Below, piece by piece: positions 50,557 to 60,556 of a stretch of 64,000 nt of DNA. The DNA comes from an uncultured bacterium (lineage in GTDB: Bacteria; Omnitrophota; Gorgyraeia; Zapsychrales; Aceulaceae), in assembly GCA_937930175.1 (NCBI GenBank), contig CALGLP010000013.1:11764-75763 (forward strand). The letters are read 5' to 3'. The notes beneath the pieces were generated by a model. The model was not told the origin of the DNA. It made no database searches and worked only from the letters and a program-made list of their open reading frames with translations. Positions within the stretch are counted from its first letter, which is position 1; each line of letters begins with the position of its first letter. The position numbers were made by a program, and so were the translations under genes.

Positions 50557-50877
50557 ATGGGATCTCTTCATTTAACTGAATTGGATTTTGACAAAGAAGT
50601 TCTGCAATCGAGCGTGCCTGTTTTGGTTGATTTTTGGGCAGAGTGGTGCGGCCCTTGCCGTATGATGGGTCCTGTTGTTGATGAAGCCGCGAACGAACTT
50701 GCAGGAAAGATCAAAATAGGAAAAGTTAATGTCGATGAGGCTCAAGGCCTTGCGGCTCAGTATGGTATTATGTCAATTCCGGCGTTATTGGTCTTTAAAG
50801 GCGGAAAAGTTGTCGAACAGTTTGCTGGTGCTATGCCTAAAGATCAGCTTTTGCAGCGGCTTAAGAAATATGCTTAA
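50557..50877 (+). CDS. trxA: Thioredoxin
   Basis: WAEWCGPC active site. Perfect RBS AAAGGAGG. Promoter-like TTGATA-N17-TATAAT upstream. Confidence 0.9.
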   Translation: MGSLHLTELDFDKEVLQSSVPVLVDFWAEWCGPCRMMGPVVDEAANELAGKIKIGKVNVDEAQGLAAQYGIMSIPALLVFKGGKVVEQFAGAMPKDQLLQRLKKYA

Positions 50878-50898
50878 CATTAAAGAGAAGAGGACAAA

Positions 50899-51249
50899 AT
50901 GTTGCTTACATTGTTAAAGGCTAAAATTTCAAATGCGAAGGTTACGCAATCTGAACTTTATTACGAAGGAAGTATCTCTATTGACAAGAAGATCCTTCAA
51001 GCGGCAGATATTTTGCCTTTTGAAAAGGTTGAAGTTTTAAACGTCAATAATGGCTCCCGCATCGAAACCTATGCGATTGAAGCTAAGTCTGGATCAGGGG
51101 TCGTTTGTTTGAACGGTCCGGCGGCAAGGTCAGGTTGCGTTGGAGATCGTCTTATTATTGTGAATTATGGATGTGTTGAAAGAAAAGACATAGGGCAGTA
51201 TCAACCAAGGCTTATTCATTTAGATGATCAAAACAAGATTAAAAATTAG
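50899..51249 (+). CDS. panD: Aspartate 1-decarboxylase
   Basis: MLLTLLKAKI...VTQSELYYEGSISID (pyruvoyl-forming Gly-Ser), 116 aa. Confidence 0.9.
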   Translation: MLLTLLKAKISNAKVTQSELYYEGSISIDKKILQAADILPFEKVEVLNVNNGSRIETYAIEAKSGSGVVCLNGPAARSGCVGDRLIIVNYGCVERKDIGQYQPRLIHLDDQNKIKN

Positions 51250-51748
51250 AACATTTGGTGATCCTTGCCTGCGCAAGAAATCAACGCCTGTGAAGGTTGT
51301 TGGCGCGCCTGAACGCATGCTCATTGAGGCTATGTTTGATACGATTGCGCAGAAAGAGACAGAGATCGGCTTAGCGGCATCTCAAATTGGGATTAATAAG
51401 CAGATTTTCGTTGTTGATCTTCCTGATTTTCCTCATGTTTTTGTAGATCTAAAAGTGATACGCACTCAAGGGCGAGAAGCCATGGAAGAAGGGTGCTTAA
51501 GTTTCCCCGGTATAGTTTTTAAAGTGACGCGCCCTCGAAAGATATGGGTTGAGTATCTGGACGAGGATAACAAAAAATGCCAGCTTACTTGTGAAGGGCT
51601 TCAGGCGCGGGTTATTTTACATGAAAATGATCATGTGCATGGAAAGCTTATTGTTGATTATGCCCACAAAAGCGAGATTGCCAAGCAAAAAGAGGCGCTT
51701 GTTGCCCTTGAGGAATCAACAAAAAAAGCGTTAAAGATCAATAGCTAA
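51224..51748 (+). CDS. def: Peptide deformylase
   Basis: GIGLAASQIG, EGCLSFPG, HENDH metal motifs. Confidence 0.85.
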   Translation: MIKTRLKIRTFGDPCLRKKSTPVKVVGAPERMLIEAMFDTIAQKETEIGLAASQIGINKQIFVVDLPDFPHVFVDLKVIRTQGREAMEEGCLSFPGIVFKVTRPRKIWVEYLDEDNKKCQLTCEGLQARVILHENDHVHGKLIVDYAHKSEIAKQKEALVALEESTKKALKINS

Positions 51749-51755
51749 TTTCTTT

Positions 51756-52640
51756 ATGCCCTCATCGCCACGATTACCTTTGTGGTTTCAGCAGCCTGTG
51801 CCATCGGCTAAACAAGTGAATGTCTTAAAAGATTTCTTTAATGAGCTTCATGTGAATACGGTTTGTCAAAGCTCGCATTGTCCAAATCAAGGTCGTTGCT
51901 GGGAGAGAAATACAGCGACATTTATGATCTTGGGTCATTTTTGCACGCGCGCGTGTCGTTTTTGTGCTGTTTCTTCGGGGATGCCCAAGCCCGTTGATGT
52001 CCAGGAGCCGTTGTCTGTGGCCATGGCCATCAAGAAATTAGGCCTTGATTATGTTGTTGTGACATCCGTGACCAGAGATGATTTAAAAGACCAAGGGGCA
52101 TCTGTCTTTGTTGAGACTATTAAACAGGTACGTGTATTAAATCCTGGAATCAAAATAGAGGTTTTGGTTCCTGATTTCTTAGGCCAGAGAAAGCATGTTG
52201 AGCAAGTGGCTTTAGCGTCGCCAGAAGTTATGGCCCATAATATTGAGACGGTCAGACGCTTAACACCTCTTTTGCGGCCTCAGGCTGATTACAAGAGATC
52301 ATTATCACTTTTAAAGATGATCAAAGAAATTAATTCGGGCATTGTTGTTAAGTCGGGAATGATGGTTGGGCTTGGGGAAACGTTTTCTGAAGTAAAAGAA
52401 GCCATGCAGGATTTGCACCTTGCGGGTTGTGATATTTTAACGATTGGCCAATATCTTGCTCCTTCAAAAACAGCTAGGCATATTCCCGTGGAACGATTTG
52501 TTCTTCCTGAAGAATTTGAAGGCTATCGAGAGAAGGCTTTGGCTATGGGATTTAAGCATGTTGTTAGCGGCCCTTTGGTGCGTAGTTCATATTTGGCCAA
52601 AGAAGCTTATCAAGAGTGCTTAGAAAAGGTTTGTGTATGA
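51756..52640 (+). CDS. lipA: Lipoyl synthase
   Basis: CPNQGRCW...CTRACRFCAV clusters. Confidence 0.9.
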   Translation: MPSSPRLPLWFQQPVPSAKQVNVLKDFFNELHVNTVCQSSHCPNQGRCWERNTATFMILGHFCTRACRFCAVSSGMPKPVDVQEPLSVAMAIKKLGLDYVVVTSVTRDDLKDQGASVFVETIKQVRVLNPGIKIEVLVPDFLGQRKHVEQVALASPEVMAHNIETVRRLTPLLRPQADYKRSLSLLKMIKEINSGIVVKSGMMVGLGETFSEVKEAMQDLHLAGCDILTIGQYLAPSKTARHIPVERFVLPEEFEGYREKALAMGFKHVVSGPLVRSSYLAKEAYQECLEKVCV

Positions 52641-53632
52641 AAGAAAGAGTTAAACAAGGGCTATCGTTTTTGTTGCGCTTTGGCTTAAGTGCCGCACTTC
52701 TTGTGTACCTTTTTCAGAAAGATGATCTGATCGCTGCGGTAGCCGATATTAAGAGTGCGGATTTGATCTATCTTGGGTTGGCCTTGGCGTGCAACTTTCT
52801 TATCTATAGTATTCTTTTGTTGCGGTGGAACATCATTATTAAGGGTTTGCATCTTTCACTTTCTTTGGCCAGCATTGCCAAATGGTTCTGGATTGGCATC
52901 TTTTTTAATTTGACGTTGCCAACCTCCACAGGCGGCGATATCATCAAGGCGATTGGGCTCTGCAAGGGGACTTCTGATCGAGCCAAGGTGATCGCCTCTA
53001 TCTTGCTTGACCGGATCTTTGGTTTTATAGCGATTACACTTATTGCCTTTGTATCCTATTTTTCTGTTCATCAGGTGGCGAATAATTATTTCTTGTTGAT
53101 AACGATTGTTGCTTTGTTTGTTGTTTCTTGGGGAGGGCTGCTGTTTCTATTAAATGAAAAGCTGTATATGTTTGTTTGCGGGATCTTCAATCGATTGCCG
53201 CGCGTGAAAGAGAAGCTTTTGAAGCTTCATCAGGCGATTGCTTTGATTAGGGGTCAGGTTAGCCTGATGGTTGTTGTGATTGCGCTATCCTGTGCATGCC
53301 AAATTCTTTTAGGTTTAGCGTATTTTCTGACAGTGAAAGGGTTGCATCAAGAGATCAGTCTGATTTATTGCATTGCCTTTGCGCCCTTGGTGTGCGTGGC
53401 CTCATCCTTACCGTCGGTGGGGGGATTTGGTTTTCGGGAGTCCGCGTTTGTTTATCTTTTTATGAAGGTAGGATTCCTCGAGGCCAAGGCTAAGAGCATT
53501 GCGTTGTTAAATTCGTTGTATATGATTTTCTTTAGTTTTGTCGGAGCGTGTGTTTATGTCAGTTCAGTATTTACTCGACGGGTACAACGCAATCCATCAG
53601 ATTCCACAGATGGTGGGGCAAAAAACCATTAA
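52637..53632 (+). CDS. Flippase-like (UPF0104/lysylphosphatidylglycerol-synthase TM-domain family) membrane protein
   Basis: About 8 TM helices with an N-terminal pattern typical of the family. Start overlaps the lipA stop (ATGA). Confidence 0.55.
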   Translation: MKERVKQGLSFLLRFGLSAALLVYLFQKDDLIAAVADIKSADLIYLGLALACNFLIYSILLLRWNIIIKGLHLSLSLASIAKWFWIGIFFNLTLPTSTGGDIIKAIGLCKGTSDRAKVIASILLDRIFGFIAITLIAFVSYFSVHQVANNYFLLITIVALFVVSWGGLLFLLNEKLYMFVCGIFNRLPRVKEKLLKLHQAIALIRGQVSLMVVVIALSCACQILLGLAYFLTVKGLHQEISLIYCIAFAPLVCVASSLPSVGGFGFRESAFVYLFMKVGFLEAKAKSIALLNSLYMIFFSFVGACVYVSSVFTRRVQRNPSDSTDGGAKNH

Positions 53633-54044
53633 AGAGGCGCGCGAAAGCCTTTTGCGTTTTCTTGCGAAGGAAAATCTTTGTGGAAGCCCGAGCAACAAGA
53701 TGACGGTTGTTTTTGATGGGCAGCCAGGTATTTGTTATCCTCATAAGACTTTCGCGATCCGCGTGATCTTTTCGTCGCATGGCACTGCGGATGATCTGAT
53801 TAAAAAGATGGTCGAAGAAGCGAAGAATAAAAAAAGTCTTTATGTGATTACTGATGATAAGTCTTTGCAGCAAGGCGTTCGGGGGTTAGGGGCGAAAGTT
53901 TTAAGCATTAAGAGTTTCTTTGGTCGCATGGATCAAAGCCGGCAGCGTTTAACAAGGGTCAAGATGCTATCCCAGGAAAGAACTATTTCAAAAATAGAAG
54001 AATGTAAGATTAATGATGAATTAGAGAAAATTTGGGTAAAGTAG
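53556..54044 (+). CDS. NYN/PIN-like domain protein (YacP/Rae1-like)
   Basis: N-terminus MSVQYLLDGYNAI matches the YacP-family start. Overlaps the 3' end of the upstream gene by about 77 nt. Confidence 0.55.
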   Translation: MSVQYLLDGYNAIHQIPQMVGQKTIKEARESLLRFLAKENLCGSPSNKMTVVFDGQPGICYPHKTFAIRVIFSSHGTADDLIKKMVEEAKNKKSLYVITDDKSLQQGVRGLGAKVLSIKSFFGRMDQSRQRLTRVKMLSQERTISKIEECKINDELEKIWVK

Positions 54045-54048
54045 AGGC

Positions 54049-54846
54049 ATGGATAAAAAACAAATATTTTTATTTTTTCGTCGATTTGCTGCGGAAACCA
54101 TGGGTAAAATTGCTGGGCTTGGAAGAGCTCTTTATTTTTTGGGCGAGGTAATCGCGCTTATCGCGAAAGGAAAAATTCGTTTAGGTGAGGTTGCCAAGCA
54201 AATTTATGAACAAGGGATGCAGTCGGTTGTTGTGATTGCCTTGACATCGGCAGCAACGGGGATTGTTTTGGCCCTTCAAGGATACGTGATGCTTGATCGT
54301 TTTGGGGCGAGGGAAAAGGTCGCGTCGCTTGTTGCTCTTTCGCTGGTGCGCGAGCTTGGCCCTGTTTTTGGTGCACTTATTTTTTCTGGTAAGGCAGGAT
54401 CGAGACTTACTGCTGAGCTAGGTGCCATGAGCGTGAACAATCAAATTGTAGCGACCAAGGCGATGGGCGTTGATCCTATGGAGTTTCTTGTTGTTCCTAG
54501 GATGTTGGGATGCTTTTTGGTGCTCCCTATTCTTATTGTTTTTGCTGAGGTTATTGGAATTATGGGCAGCTATCTCATTGCTGTGTTTGAAGCCAATATC
54601 CCGGGCTCGTATTATATTAATCAGACGTTGGCGTCGCTTAATTATGTTGATTTTTTTAGTGGGTTTATTAAAACAATCTTTTTTGCTGTTTTGATTGGTT
54701 GGATTTGCTGTTATCAGGGGTTTTATGCTCAAGGCGGTTCTTTGGGGGTTGGCCGTTATACGACCAAGGCCGTGGCGCTTGCGTATATCTTTATTGTCGT
54801 TTCGAATACCATTTTAACAAAGATTATTTTAACTTTTTGGGGATAA
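54049..54846 (+). CDS. mlaE: MlaE-family ABC transporter permease
   Basis: Mla/Ttg2B permease pattern (conserved GARE..SLVALSLVRELGPV). Confidence 0.8.
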   Translation: MDKKQIFLFFRRFAAETMGKIAGLGRALYFLGEVIALIAKGKIRLGEVAKQIYEQGMQSVVVIALTSAATGIVLALQGYVMLDRFGAREKVASLVALSLVRELGPVFGALIFSGKAGSRLTAELGAMSVNNQIVATKAMGVDPMEFLVVPRMLGCFLVLPILIVFAEVIGIMGSYLIAVFEANIPGSYYINQTLASLNYVDFFSGFIKTIFFAVLIGWICCYQGFYAQGGSLGVGRYTTKAVALAYIFIVVSNTILTKIILTFWG

Positions 54847-54856
54847 GGAGGTTTCT

Positions 54857-55198
54857 GTGAATGGCATGATAAGAAGGCTTTCAGTCGTTTTTGCGGGGGC
54901 GATGATTTCTTTTCTTGTGGGCTGCAGTGGAGCATTGGTCGGGAGCAGGAATCCGTATGCGATTCCTCAGTCTGAAGCTCAATGGATTCGCGATGGCGAG
55001 CCGATTGTCTTTGAGAATGAGGCTTGGTACCCTAAGGATGATGTTGACGTCTTGACCAATCAGGAAGTTTATTTGCTGGGCGAATACGAGGGTGTTCAGT
55101 TTTTTGTTGAAAAGGCAGATGTTCGTCCCTACAATCGCCTTTACACTAAATTTGGGGAAAATCGTTTCCGTGTTTTTGTCAAACAGCGCCATGATTAA
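54857..55198 (+). CDS. Lipoprotein (lipobox LVGCSG), hypothetical
   Basis: Signal peptide with Cys lipobox. RBS AAGGAGG. Embedded in the mla-like cluster. Confidence 0.45.
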   Translation: MNGMIRRLSVVFAGAMISFLVGCSGALVGSRNPYAIPQSEAQWIRDGEPIVFENEAWYPKDDVDVLTNQEVYLLGEYEGVQFFVEKADVRPYNRLYTKFGENRFRVFVKQRHD

Positions 55199-55907
55199 AA
55201 TTACACATTTGTCTAAGAGCCTTAATCAGCAGGCGGTTTTGAAAGATGTGAGCCTCACGATTCAAGCAGGTGAGATCTGGGTGATTTTAGGTGAGAGCGG
55301 TGCGGGGAAAAGTGTTTTGTTGCAACATATGATTGGGCTCTTCGAGCCTGATGAGGGTACTATTGAAATTGATGCAGTTTCTGTCAATGGCTTTTCGGAT
55401 GCGCAGTGGCTCCTTTTACGCAAGAAAATGGGTTATTTGTTTCAGGAGGGTGCCTTGTATGATTTTATGACAGTCTTTGAGAATGTTGCTTTTCCTTTGC
55501 GTGAGCATACAGCACATACTGAAGAAGAGATTAGAGGGAACGTCAAGAGGATGTTAAAACTCGTTGGGCTTGAGGGCGTGGAGAACAAAACGCCTTCTCA
55601 ACTTAGTGGGGGGATGCGTAAGCGTGCGGCGTTAGCGAGAGCGGTTATTTTAAACTCTAAAATTCTTTTTTGTGATGAACCAACCTCAGGGCTTGATCCG
55701 ATTCGAAGCCGGGATATTATGGATTTGATTAAAGATATTTCGCGTCATTTTCAGACAACAACGGTGATCGCTTCGCACGATATTCAGAATGCGTTTCGAA
55801 TTGCTGATCGGTTGGCGATTATACGCGACGGAGCGATTGTGGTCCAGGGGACGCCCCAAGAGATTCGGGGAACGAAGAATGATTTTATTCAAGCATTTAT
55901 TCATTAA
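55191..55907 (+). CDS. mlaF: MlaF-like ABC transporter ATP-binding protein
   Basis: Walker A GESGAGKS, signature LSGGMRKRAALARA, Walker B LFCDEPTSGLD. Confidence 0.8.
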   Translation: MIKITHLSKSLNQQAVLKDVSLTIQAGEIWVILGESGAGKSVLLQHMIGLFEPDEGTIEIDAVSVNGFSDAQWLLLRKKMGYLFQEGALYDFMTVFENVAFPLREHTAHTEEEIRGNVKRMLKLVGLEGVENKTPSQLSGGMRKRAALARAVILNSKILFCDEPTSGLDPIRSRDIMDLIKDISRHFQTTTVIASHDIQNAFRIADRLAIIRDGAIVVQGTPQEIRGTKNDFIQAFIH

Positions 55908-55920
55908 ACAAAAGAGGTCA

Positions 55921-56526
55921 ATGATGATGGAACAAAAAGAATTTTCGAGGAATCTTTACGCGGGTTTGTTTTTTGTTATTGGTGTTATCTTGATTTGCGT
56001 GGTTGTGTTATCGATTGGCATGGAAAAGGGAATCACCCAGCCTAAATTTAAAATTCAGGTGTTGTTTCGGGAAGTTGGAGGCCTAATGGTTGGGGCGCCG
56101 ATTCGATTTTCAGGGGTGAATGTTGGCAGTGTCGGCAAGATTGATTTTCTTAAAGACGAGGTTGTTGGACGCAATGTTGCTGTGACGCTTAATCTTTTTG
56201 TGCGGTATAAAGATCAAATTGAGCATGGGTATAGCTTTAGGATCAAAACCGAAGGCGTGTTGGGTCAGAAATTTATTGAGATTAGCAAAGATCGGACAGG
56301 ACAAAAAAGAACCATGGATTTTCATGCTCCTATTATTGGGGATGACCCCTTAGACGTGCAAGATTTAGCAGAGACTTTTGGCAGCACAGCGCTTTCTTTG
56401 CAGCAGACGGCCAAATCCACCGATGCGGCGATGATGGAAATGCGAGACCGTTTTCGCACGTTAAAGCGGATTTTTAATCGCGTTGAGCAGCGATTGATCA
56501 ACGGGACATTATTTAAGGTTTTTTAA
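55921..56526 (+). CDS. mlaD: MlaD/MCE-family substrate-binding protein
   Basis: N-terminal TM anchor followed by an MCE domain (FREVGGLMVGAPIRFSGVNVGSVGKI). Confidence 0.7.
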   Translation: MMMEQKEFSRNLYAGLFFVIGVILICVVVLSIGMEKGITQPKFKIQVLFREVGGLMVGAPIRFSGVNVGSVGKIDFLKDEVVGRNVAVTLNLFVRYKDQIEHGYSFRIKTEGVLGQKFIEISKDRTGQKRTMDFHAPIIGDDPLDVQDLAETFGSTALSLQQTAKSTDAAMMEMRDRFRTLKRIFNRVEQRLINGTLFKVF

Positions 56527-56554
56527 TCAATTTTTGAATCTGTCAAATTAATCT

Positions 56555-57625
56555 ATGAATTATACGATTTCGATCTTAGGCTTTGAAGCGTCGACGTGGC
56601 TTTATTTTCCGCTCGCGTATTTGATCTGGGTTTTTTTCTGGCTTTCGATCAAGCGGATCTTTTTTGCTCTGCTTAAGCGCGTGACCGAGCGGACAAAAAC
56701 GCATTTAGATGACATTTTCATAAAAGCTGCAGATGTTCCTTTATTTTTATTGATCTTTTCTAGCGGCGGTATTTTGGTGCAGAAGATTTCCTTGCTCAAA
56801 GCAGAAAGTGAATGGACAAAATATTTCCTGCTTGGATTCAAGGCGGTGACAATTTTAGCGATCATTTTGTTTGTGGATAAATTTGTCCGCTTGCTCATCG
56901 TTGAGTTTACGCCTAGGCATGATGTTTTGAAGGCCTCCTCTGGTATTGCTAAGGTTTTAGCGCGTGTCTTTATTATTGGCATAGGCCTTTTAATTTTACT
57001 CGATAGCTTTGGGGTTTCCATTACGCCTATTTTGGCTTCTTTGGGGGTTGGATCGCTTGCCGTAGCCCTTGCGTTACAGCCAACGCTTGAGAATTTCTTT
57101 TCTGGGGTCCAGATCATTGCGGATAAGCCTATTAAGGTTGGTCATTTTATTAAGCTTGAGTCGGGGCAGGAAGGATATGTTGAGAAAATTGGATGGCGCT
57201 CCACCTGGATCAAATTGTTGCCCAATAATACGGTGATCTTGCCCAACAAAACCGTGCTCAATTCTGTGATCACGAATTATAATTATCCTGATAAAGAAGT
57301 CGTTGTTCTCGTCGATTGCGGTGTTCATTATAAATCGGATTTAGATCATGTAGAGCGGGTTACGCTCGATGTTGCACGTGATGTGATGACCACTGTTGGC
57401 GAAGGCGTCCAAGAGTTTGTTCCCGTAGTTCGTTATCATACGCTTGCGGATTCTTCGATTGAGCTAACTGTGGTGATGCGCGCCAAAGAGTTTGCAGGTC
57501 GATTCGTGATTGTTCACGAATTTATTAAGCGATTGATTCGTCGCTATGCGCAAGAAGGGATCGTGATCCCGTATCCGATTCGGGCTACCAATGTTAACCA
57601 GGAAAAGGCATTTGAAGATTCATAA
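56555..57625 (+). CDS. Mechanosensitive ion channel, MscS family
   Basis: TM3 pore-like helix (LASLGVGSLAVALALQPTLENFFSG), beta domain. Confidence 0.8.
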   Translation: MNYTISILGFEASTWLYFPLAYLIWVFFWLSIKRIFFALLKRVTERTKTHLDDIFIKAADVPLFLLIFSSGGILVQKISLLKAESEWTKYFLLGFKAVTILAIILFVDKFVRLLIVEFTPRHDVLKASSGIAKVLARVFIIGIGLLILLDSFGVSITPILASLGVGSLAVALALQPTLENFFSGVQIIADKPIKVGHFIKLESGQEGYVEKIGWRSTWIKLLPNNTVILPNKTVLNSVITNYNYPDKEVVVLVDCGVHYKSDLDHVERVTLDVARDVMTTVGEGVQEFVPVVRYHTLADSSIELTVVMRAKEFAGRFVIVHEFIKRLIRRYAQEGIVIPYPIRATNVNQEKAFEDS

Positions 57626-57645
57626 GATGCCGAAAGGATGGGTTT

Positions 57646-57939
57646 ATGTTTATTTTGAGTAATTTTATTTTTTCGTTAGCCAAGGTTATTGAAATTTTGT
57701 TAACTATTTTTTATTGGTTGATTTTGATCAGGGCCTTGATCAGTTGGGTCAACCCGGATCCTTCCAATTCGATCGTTCAGCTCTTGTATCGTACGACCGA
57801 ACCAGTCTTGGAACCCATTCGACGGTTTCTTCCTGTGTCGGCGATTGATCTTTCTCCGGTTGTTGTGTTCCTAGCGATTATTTTCTTAAAGTCTTTTCTT
57901 GTGTCAACCTTGTTTGATTTAGGGTACCGCTTACGCTAA
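57646..57939 (+). CDS. YggT-family membrane protein
   Basis: Size and pattern (YWLILIRALISWVNPDPSN) are typical of YggT. Confidence 0.6.
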   Translation: MFILSNFIFSLAKVIEILLTIFYWLILIRALISWVNPDPSNSIVQLLYRTTEPVLEPIRRFLPVSAIDLSPVVVFLAIIFLKSFLVSTLFDLGYRLR

Positions 57940-57963
57940 ACATTGCTATGTAAAGGAGTATTC

Positions 57964-58260
57964 ATGTTTGATCAGATGAAGAAATTGATGGAAATGAAAA
58001 AGCAGGCTGAGAAGATCAAGCGGGAGCTTGAGGCGTCGTTGATCGAGGTTAATGATGTTGCGGGCATGAAAATTGTGATCGATGGATCACAGCAGTTTCA
58101 TTCCATTGAAGTTGACGAGAGTTTTTTGTCGTCTGATAAGAAGCAGTTGCTTCAAAAAGAATTGCTTAAAGGAGTGAACAAAGCGATTGCAAAATCGCAA
58201 ACGCTTGCGGCACAGCAGATGAAGCAAGCCATGGGCCTGGGTGGTTTGCCAGGATTTTAA
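57964..58260 (+). CDS. ybaB: Nucleoid-associated protein YbaB/EbfC
   Basis: MFDQMKKLMEMKKQAEKIKRELE...GMKIVIDG... is the YbaB signature. RBS AAAGGAG. Confidence 0.85.
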   Translation: MFDQMKKLMEMKKQAEKIKRELEASLIEVNDVAGMKIVIDGSQQFHSIEVDESFLSSDKKQLLQKELLKGVNKAIAKSQTLAAQQMKQAMGLGGLPGF

Positions 58261-58307
58261 ACGGAGAACTTGTTAATAACCAAATCATAACATAAAAGGA
58301 GTAGAGT

Positions 58308-58538
58308 ATGCCTTACGATAAGTCAGTTGATATTGATGTTTTTAAAGAAACTAAAGAATTCGAAGATAGTCGCATTACCGTTGGTGTTTTTTCTTATAAT
58401 GGGGGAGAAAAAAAGATTCAGATCTCGCGTGAAAACAGAGCGGCCGAAGAATGGCGTTTTGCGAAATTAGGACGCATGACCAAACAAGAGTTGGTTGAGA
58501 TCTTACCTTTAATGACAAAGGCCTTAGAGAAAATGTAA
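58308..58538 (+). CDS. Small PC4/YdbC-like putative ssDNA-binding protein
   Basis: 76 aa. The ITVGVFSYNGGEKKIQISRE...EWRFAKLGRMTKQE pattern resembles the bacterial PC4-like fold. RBS AAAAGGAG. Confidence 0.3.
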   Translation: MPYDKSVDIDVFKETKEFEDSRITVGVFSYNGGEKKIQISRENRAAEEWRFAKLGRMTKQELVEILPLMTKALEKM

Positions 58539-58612
58539 TTGATCAGATTTGGTTGGTGGTTTTCTAAAGGGATTGTTTATTAACATTATTGATAAAGTGA
58601 GGCAAATATTTT

Positions 58613-59086
58613 ATGGCAGGAGAAGTCTATTTAACAAAAGAGGGTTTTTATAAGCTTCAAGAAGAGCTTGATCGTCTCAAAAGCGTGGAACGCCTTAGGA
58701 TCTCAAAGGCTATTGGTGAGGCAAGGCTTTTAGGGGACTTGTCCGAAAATGCTGAATATGATTCGGCCAAAGACGCCCAAGCGCATTGTGAGGCGAGGAT
58801 CGCTGAGCTTGAGGATAAGTTGGCGCGGGTGAGGATCATTGAGAATGAAAATATTCCTAAAGACAAGGCTTTTATCGGCGCAACCGTGACTTTGATTGAT
58901 CTTGATACCGAAGCGCAAGAGCGTTACATGCTTGTTTCCCACGAGGAGGCCAATTATGAACAAGGGAAGATCTCGATCCAATCGCCGATTGGAAAAGCCT
59001 TGCTTGGTCATCAGGTTGCGGATGTGGTCGATATCAAAGTTCCAGCGGGAAATCTTAAATATAAGATAACGAAGATTGAGCGTTAA
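58613..59086 (+). CDS. greA: Transcription elongation factor GreA
   Basis: LTKEGFYKLQEELDRLK...SENAEYDSAKDAQ...; coiled-coil plus FKBP-like domain. Confidence 0.9.
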   Translation: MAGEVYLTKEGFYKLQEELDRLKSVERLRISKAIGEARLLGDLSENAEYDSAKDAQAHCEARIAELEDKLARVRIIENENIPKDKAFIGATVTLIDLDTEAQERYMLVSHEEANYEQGKISIQSPIGKALLGHQVADVVDIKVPAGNLKYKITKIER

Positions 59087-59102
59087 GATTGAGGAGAAAG
59101 CT

Positions 59103-59828
59103 ATGAAAAAATGTCCACGTTGTAAGGTTGTTTTTAAGGATGATGCGCAGTTTCATTGCTTGTATTGCGAAGGATCCTTGATGAGCGCTCATGATGTGGA
59201 TTTTGTGGAGGACGAGCAGGCCTCGTCGGGAATGGCCAAGGCTATGGCGAGTGCCAAGGAGCTTACGTTCAATGAGAAATTGACCCATGATCGCAAAGAT
59301 TATTTAATGGGAACTTTTTTCCGAGGCTCTACGTTTTTGTCCTCGTTTCGATTTAATCTTAATGATCTCAAGAAAGGGAAAGAGTATAAACGGTTTCTTA
59401 TCCGTCCTATGGACATAAGTTCTGTTATCAAGATTCCATGGATATTTGTTAATGTCATCTATTCTGCTTTTTTTTATTTACTTCCTAAAAAATATTGTCC
59501 AACATGTGGGTGGAAATATATATCCTCACATGGTGAGACTAAGCATGACAAAGATGAATGTTTGTATAATCAAGAATATAATCTCATAGAAGAAGAGGTC
59601 TTTTCTGGCAAGGTTTTTGTGGATCTCGATCCTATTCGCCAGATTTCTGATGCAAGGATTAAGCAGGGCAAGCCAAGCGCGTTGCGCGATTTGCTTAAGC
59701 GTAATTTACGATGGGAAAAAAGTCTTGATTTAGTTGCGATATTAGCTTCGATTATTATTTATGTGTACATTTTGACTCTTTTGGCTATGCCTATTTTAGA
59801 TAATATTTATCAGTTTGATATGGTTTAA
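59103..59828 (+). CDS. Zinc-ribbon-containing membrane protein, hypothetical
   Basis: N-terminal CPRCKV...CLYCEG, a second CPTCGW, and TM segments. Confidence 0.4.
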   Translation: MKKCPRCKVVFKDDAQFHCLYCEGSLMSAHDVDFVEDEQASSGMAKAMASAKELTFNEKLTHDRKDYLMGTFFRGSTFLSSFRFNLNDLKKGKEYKRFLIRPMDISSVIKIPWIFVNVIYSAFFYLLPKKYCPTCGWKYISSHGETKHDKDECLYNQEYNLIEEEVFSGKVFVDLDPIRQISDARIKQGKPSALRDLLKRNLRWEKSLDLVAILASIIIYVYILTLLAMPILDNIYQFDMV

Positions 59829-59833
59829 ATACG

Positions 59834-60556
59834 ATGCGTCTCTACGGAAAAAATCCAGTATTGGAACGACTTAAAGCCAATCCAAAAACAATTTTACGAA
59901 TTTTTGTTCAGGAAGGTCATGTCGATTATGGCTACATTAAAAAGAAGGCTTTGAAATGGGGTATCGCGGTTTGTTCTGTCCCGCAGACAAAAATGCTTAA
60001 GCTCTCGCGCAGTGTTAATAGCCAGGGCGTTATGGCTGAGGTTGAAGACTTTCAATACGCGGATTATCATGAGCTGCTTGGGCTTGCCGAAGAGAGAAAG
60101 ATATCGCTTGTTTTTCTCGACGGCCTGATGGATCCGCAGAATTTAGGGGCCATTATTAGAAGCTTGGCTTGTCTGGGTGAGTTTGCGGTTGTTTTGCCGC
60201 GCAAAGATTCGGTGGATATGACAGAAGCCGTTTTTCGTGTTTCTTCGGGAGCGGATAATTATGTGCCGGTGGCTAAGGTTTCCAATTTAGTCCAGGCGGT
60301 GAGTGAAGCTAAGAAAAGAGGATTGTTGATGGTCGGTGCTGTTGTGGAAAAGGGTGAGGATGTGATGGCCACGCGCTTTACATTTCCTTTGGGGCTCATC
60401 ATTGGTTCTGAGCAGAAGGGGATTCGTGATATTGTCAAAAATCAGCTTGATCTTAAAGTTACAATCCCGATGAAACAAATACGTTTATCTTTTAATGCGG
60501 CTCAAGCAGCAACCATTTTAGGCTATGAAATCACGCGTCAGAAAAAACAACGCTAA
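59834..60556 (+). CDS. rlmB: SpoU-class 23S rRNA 2'-O-methyltransferase (RlmB-like)
   Basis: SpoU_sub_bind N-domain plus SpoU methylase motifs (LDGLMDPQNLGAIIRS, GSEQKGI). Confidence 0.75.
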   Translation: MRLYGKNPVLERLKANPKTILRIFVQEGHVDYGYIKKKALKWGIAVCSVPQTKMLKLSRSVNSQGVMAEVEDFQYADYHELLGLAEERKISLVFLDGLMDPQNLGAIIRSLACLGEFAVVLPRKDSVDMTEAVFRVSSGADNYVPVAKVSNLVQAVSEAKKRGLLMVGAVVEKGEDVMATRFTFPLGLIIGSEQKGIRDIVKNQLDLKVTIPMKQIRLSFNAAQAATILGYEITRQKKQR

